A stretch of DNA of 64,000 bases from an uncultured delta proteobacterium (lineage in GTDB: Bacteria; Myxococcota_A; Polyangia; Polyangiales; B10-G4): contig CAVSGI010000014.1 of the NCBI GenBank assembly GCA_963727445.1, positions 384,001 to 448,000 of the forward strand, written 5' to 3'. The notes beneath the pieces are model-generated. The model searched no databases. It saw nothing but the letters and a program-made list of their open reading frames with translations, and was not told the DNA's origin. This document shows positions 61,430 through 64,000 of the stretch, in pieces. How positions within the stretch are numbered: position 1 is the first letter of the stretch; each line of letters starts with the position of its first letter. The position numbers and the translations under genes were made by a program.

Positions 61430-64000
61430 ATGGGAGAGGTAGACGCGGTACTGAGGGCCCTCGAGGCGCTGCCGTCGTCTCCCCCTCGGGCGGAGGCGGA
61501 GAGGCTGGTTCGCGCCCTCTTCGAAGAGGCCCCCGGCTTGTGGCCGCTCCTGGCCCGTGACCCCACCCTGGCTGCGGAGATCCTGCAGATTCCGCTCTCT
61601 CGCGACCGCGAGCGCGCCGATCTCAGACGGGCGCTGAGCGCGTGGACCGAGGGGCGAGGAGACAGCCCGGAGCTGCTCGCGGCGCTCCGGCGCTTCCGTC
61701 ACCGGGAAGTGCTGCGCATCGGCGCGCGGGGAGATCCTCGGTCTCGCCGACGTCGATCAGACCAGCGCCGAGATGGCGTTCCTCGCGTCGGAGTCCATCG
61801 AGGCGGCCCTGCGAGAGGTGACCCGGACCGTGCGCGAGGAGCAGGGGAGCGCGCGAAGCGCAGAGGGCGCGCTCATCCCTCAGGTCGTCCTCGGGATGGG
61901 CAAGCTCGGGGGCGGCGAGCTGAACGTCGACTCCGACGTCGACCTCTGCTTCTTCTACGAGACCGACGAAGGGCGCGTGGGCGACGCCGACGACGTCACC
62001 GTGCACGAGCACTTCTCGAAGATCGCGTCGCGCACGGCCAAGGCGCTGTCGGAGGTGACGGAGGCCGGCTTCGCCTTCCGCGTCGACCTGCGCCTGAGGC
62101 CCGAGGGGAGCCGCGGGCCGCTCGTCAACTCCCTCGCCAGCGCCGAGCGCTACTACACGACTTACGGGCGCACCTGGGAGCGCGCAGCGCTCTTGCGCGC
62201 GCGACCGGTCGCCGGCGACCCGACCTTCGGCGACGAGCTCTTGCTGACGATTCGCCCTTTCATCTTTCGGCGCGACGGTCGATCCACGGGTCGCCGCGGC
62301 GATGGGAGACATGCTCGCGAAGTCGCGCAGAGAGCTGAAGGTCGACCCGGAGCGCGACGTGAAGCTCGGCCACGGCGGCATCCGCGAGGCGGAGTTCTTC
62401 ATCCAGGGCCTGCAGCTGGTCTGGGGCGGTCGTCACCCCGAGCTTCAAGTACCGGGAACCATCGAAGCTGCGCGAAGGCTCCTCGCCCTCGGCCTGTTGA
62501 CGGAGCGCGAGGAGCGCTCCCTCGAGTCGGCCTGGGCGCTCCTTCGTCGCGTCGAGCATCGCGTCCACATCCAGAGCGCGTATCAGACCCACGCGATCCC
62601 CGAGCGCGGGCCGCCGCGCGATCGATTCGCCCGCTCTCTCGGATACGAAGACGAGGCCGCCTTCGAGCGTGCTCTCGGCGCCGCGCGCTCCGACGTGAGT
62701 GTGCTCTTCGCATCGCTCACCGAGGAGGAGAGCGATGCGTCTCCGGCGCTGGCGGCGCTCTGTGACCGCGTGGCTGCGGGTCGCGACCGCGGCGGAGATC
62801 GCCGAAGAGGTCTCCGCCGTGCTGCCCACCGCGGATCCGGACGAGGCCGCGGCGCACCTGCTCCGGCTCGGGCGCCGATCGCAGAGTCCCGCTCGGTCCG
62901 CTCGCGCGCAAGGAGCGTCCCGATCTCGGTCCGTCGATCCTCGCCGAAGCGGCGGAGAGCGCAGACCCCGACGCCGCGCTGCGTTACCTCGCCGAGCTCT
63001 TCTCGCGTCTCGGCGAATCGTCGGGGCTGGCTCGCTTTCTCCAAGCGGACCCGCGGATGACGCGCCGGCTGATCTTTCTCTTCGGCGCGAGCGGAAGCCT
63101 CTCGGAGTCGTTGGTGCAGCGGCCGGAGCTGATCCACGAGCTCCTGCTCCGGCGAGGCGCGCCCGACCTCGCCGAGATCGCGGCAGTGCACGGCGCGCCA
63201 CCTCTGCACTGGCTCGCCGAACGCCCGGATCCCGAGAGCTTCGTCGAAGCGCTCCGCACCGCGCGCGCGAGCCTCGAGGTGTCGATCGGGATCGTGACCG
63301 TCGCGGGCGACCTCGCACAGAGCGAAGCGGAGGCGCTGCTCACCGCGACCGCCGAAGCGCAGGTGAACGCCGCTCTCTCATTCGCGCTCGCGGAGCAGCA
63401 AGCGCGGTTCGGAGCGCCCGAATCCTCCGACGCGGGGCTGTTGGTGCTGGGCCTCGGCAAGCTCGGCGGCAAAGAGCTCGGCTTCGGCGGCGACCTCGAC
63501 CTGGTCTTCGTCTTTCGCGGTGAGGGGGAGACGGTGCCCCCCGAGGGCGGGCGCTCTGTGAGCGTGGGCGAGCTCTACACCCGCGCCGCGCAGCGCACAC
63601 TGAGGCTCCTCGAAGAGCCGAGCGCCTTCGGGCGCGGCTATCGCACCGACGCGCGCCTCAGGCCGAGCGGCGCACAGGGAATGCTGGTGGTCTCCCTCGA
63701 GGCCTTCGATCGCTACCAGCGCGAAGAGGCCGCGCCCTGGGAGCGCCAGGCGCTGACCCGCGCGCGGCCCATCGCGGGCCACACGGCGCTCGCGGAGCAG
63801 GCCCGCGCCATCGTCGAGCGCCACGCTTTCCTTTCCGGCGCGCCCCCCGGCGAGCAGGTCGCCGAGATGCGACGGCGGATGGAGGTCGAGCTTGCTGGGG
63901 AAGGGCCCGGTCGATACCATCCAAAGCTCGGCTACGGCGGGCTGGTCGACGTCGAGTTCGTCGTGCAGTGGCTCTCGATGCGTCATGGTGACGACCCCAC
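61430..64000 (+). CDS. glnE: Glutamine synthetase adenylyltransferase GlnE (frameshifted; runs off the right edge)
   Basis: GMGKLGGGELNVDSDVDL, RVDLRLRPEG, WERAAL, KLGHGGIREAEF; second domain GLGKLGGKELGFGGDLDL, KLGYGGLVDVEF. Confidence 0.92.

Overview
High-GC bacterial chromosomal window. The gene content points to Myxococcota (probably Polyangia-like): eukaryote-like Ser/Thr kinases, many Cys-rich lipoproteins, and the folP-cdaA-cdaR-glmM order. This placement is an inference. Housekeeping genes are rluB, lepA, miaB, tamA/tamB, glmM, cdaR, cdaA, folP, ftsH, tilS, recJ, secF, secD, yajC and glnE. Accessory genes include a Rieske/cytochrome b-c module flanked by two cytochrome c lipoproteins, a His-rich OmpR-type two-component locus, a MarR/BKACE/enoyl-CoA hydratase operon and a CzcCBA-type heavy-metal efflux operon. 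Many essential genes carry single-base frameshifts, which most likely reflect long-read assembly errors. The most unusual element is a ~1.3 kb symmetric cassette at 11905-13230, between a HEAT-repeat gene and miaB. It holds two convergent four-helix-bundle (23S rRNA IVS-protein/Avd-like) genes. Each gene's ribosome-binding site is buried in a 29-31 bp hairpin, a 15 bp hairpin lies between the genes, and direct (GGGAAC)n arrays flank both ends. Other candidates: a REP-like 39-bp repeat cluster and a metal-sensing RPP-type leader peptide upstream of czcCBA, and recurrent TANNNT hexamers 6-9 nt before start codons that suggest leaderless mRNAs. No rRNA, tRNA, CRISPR array, transposase or integrase was recognised.
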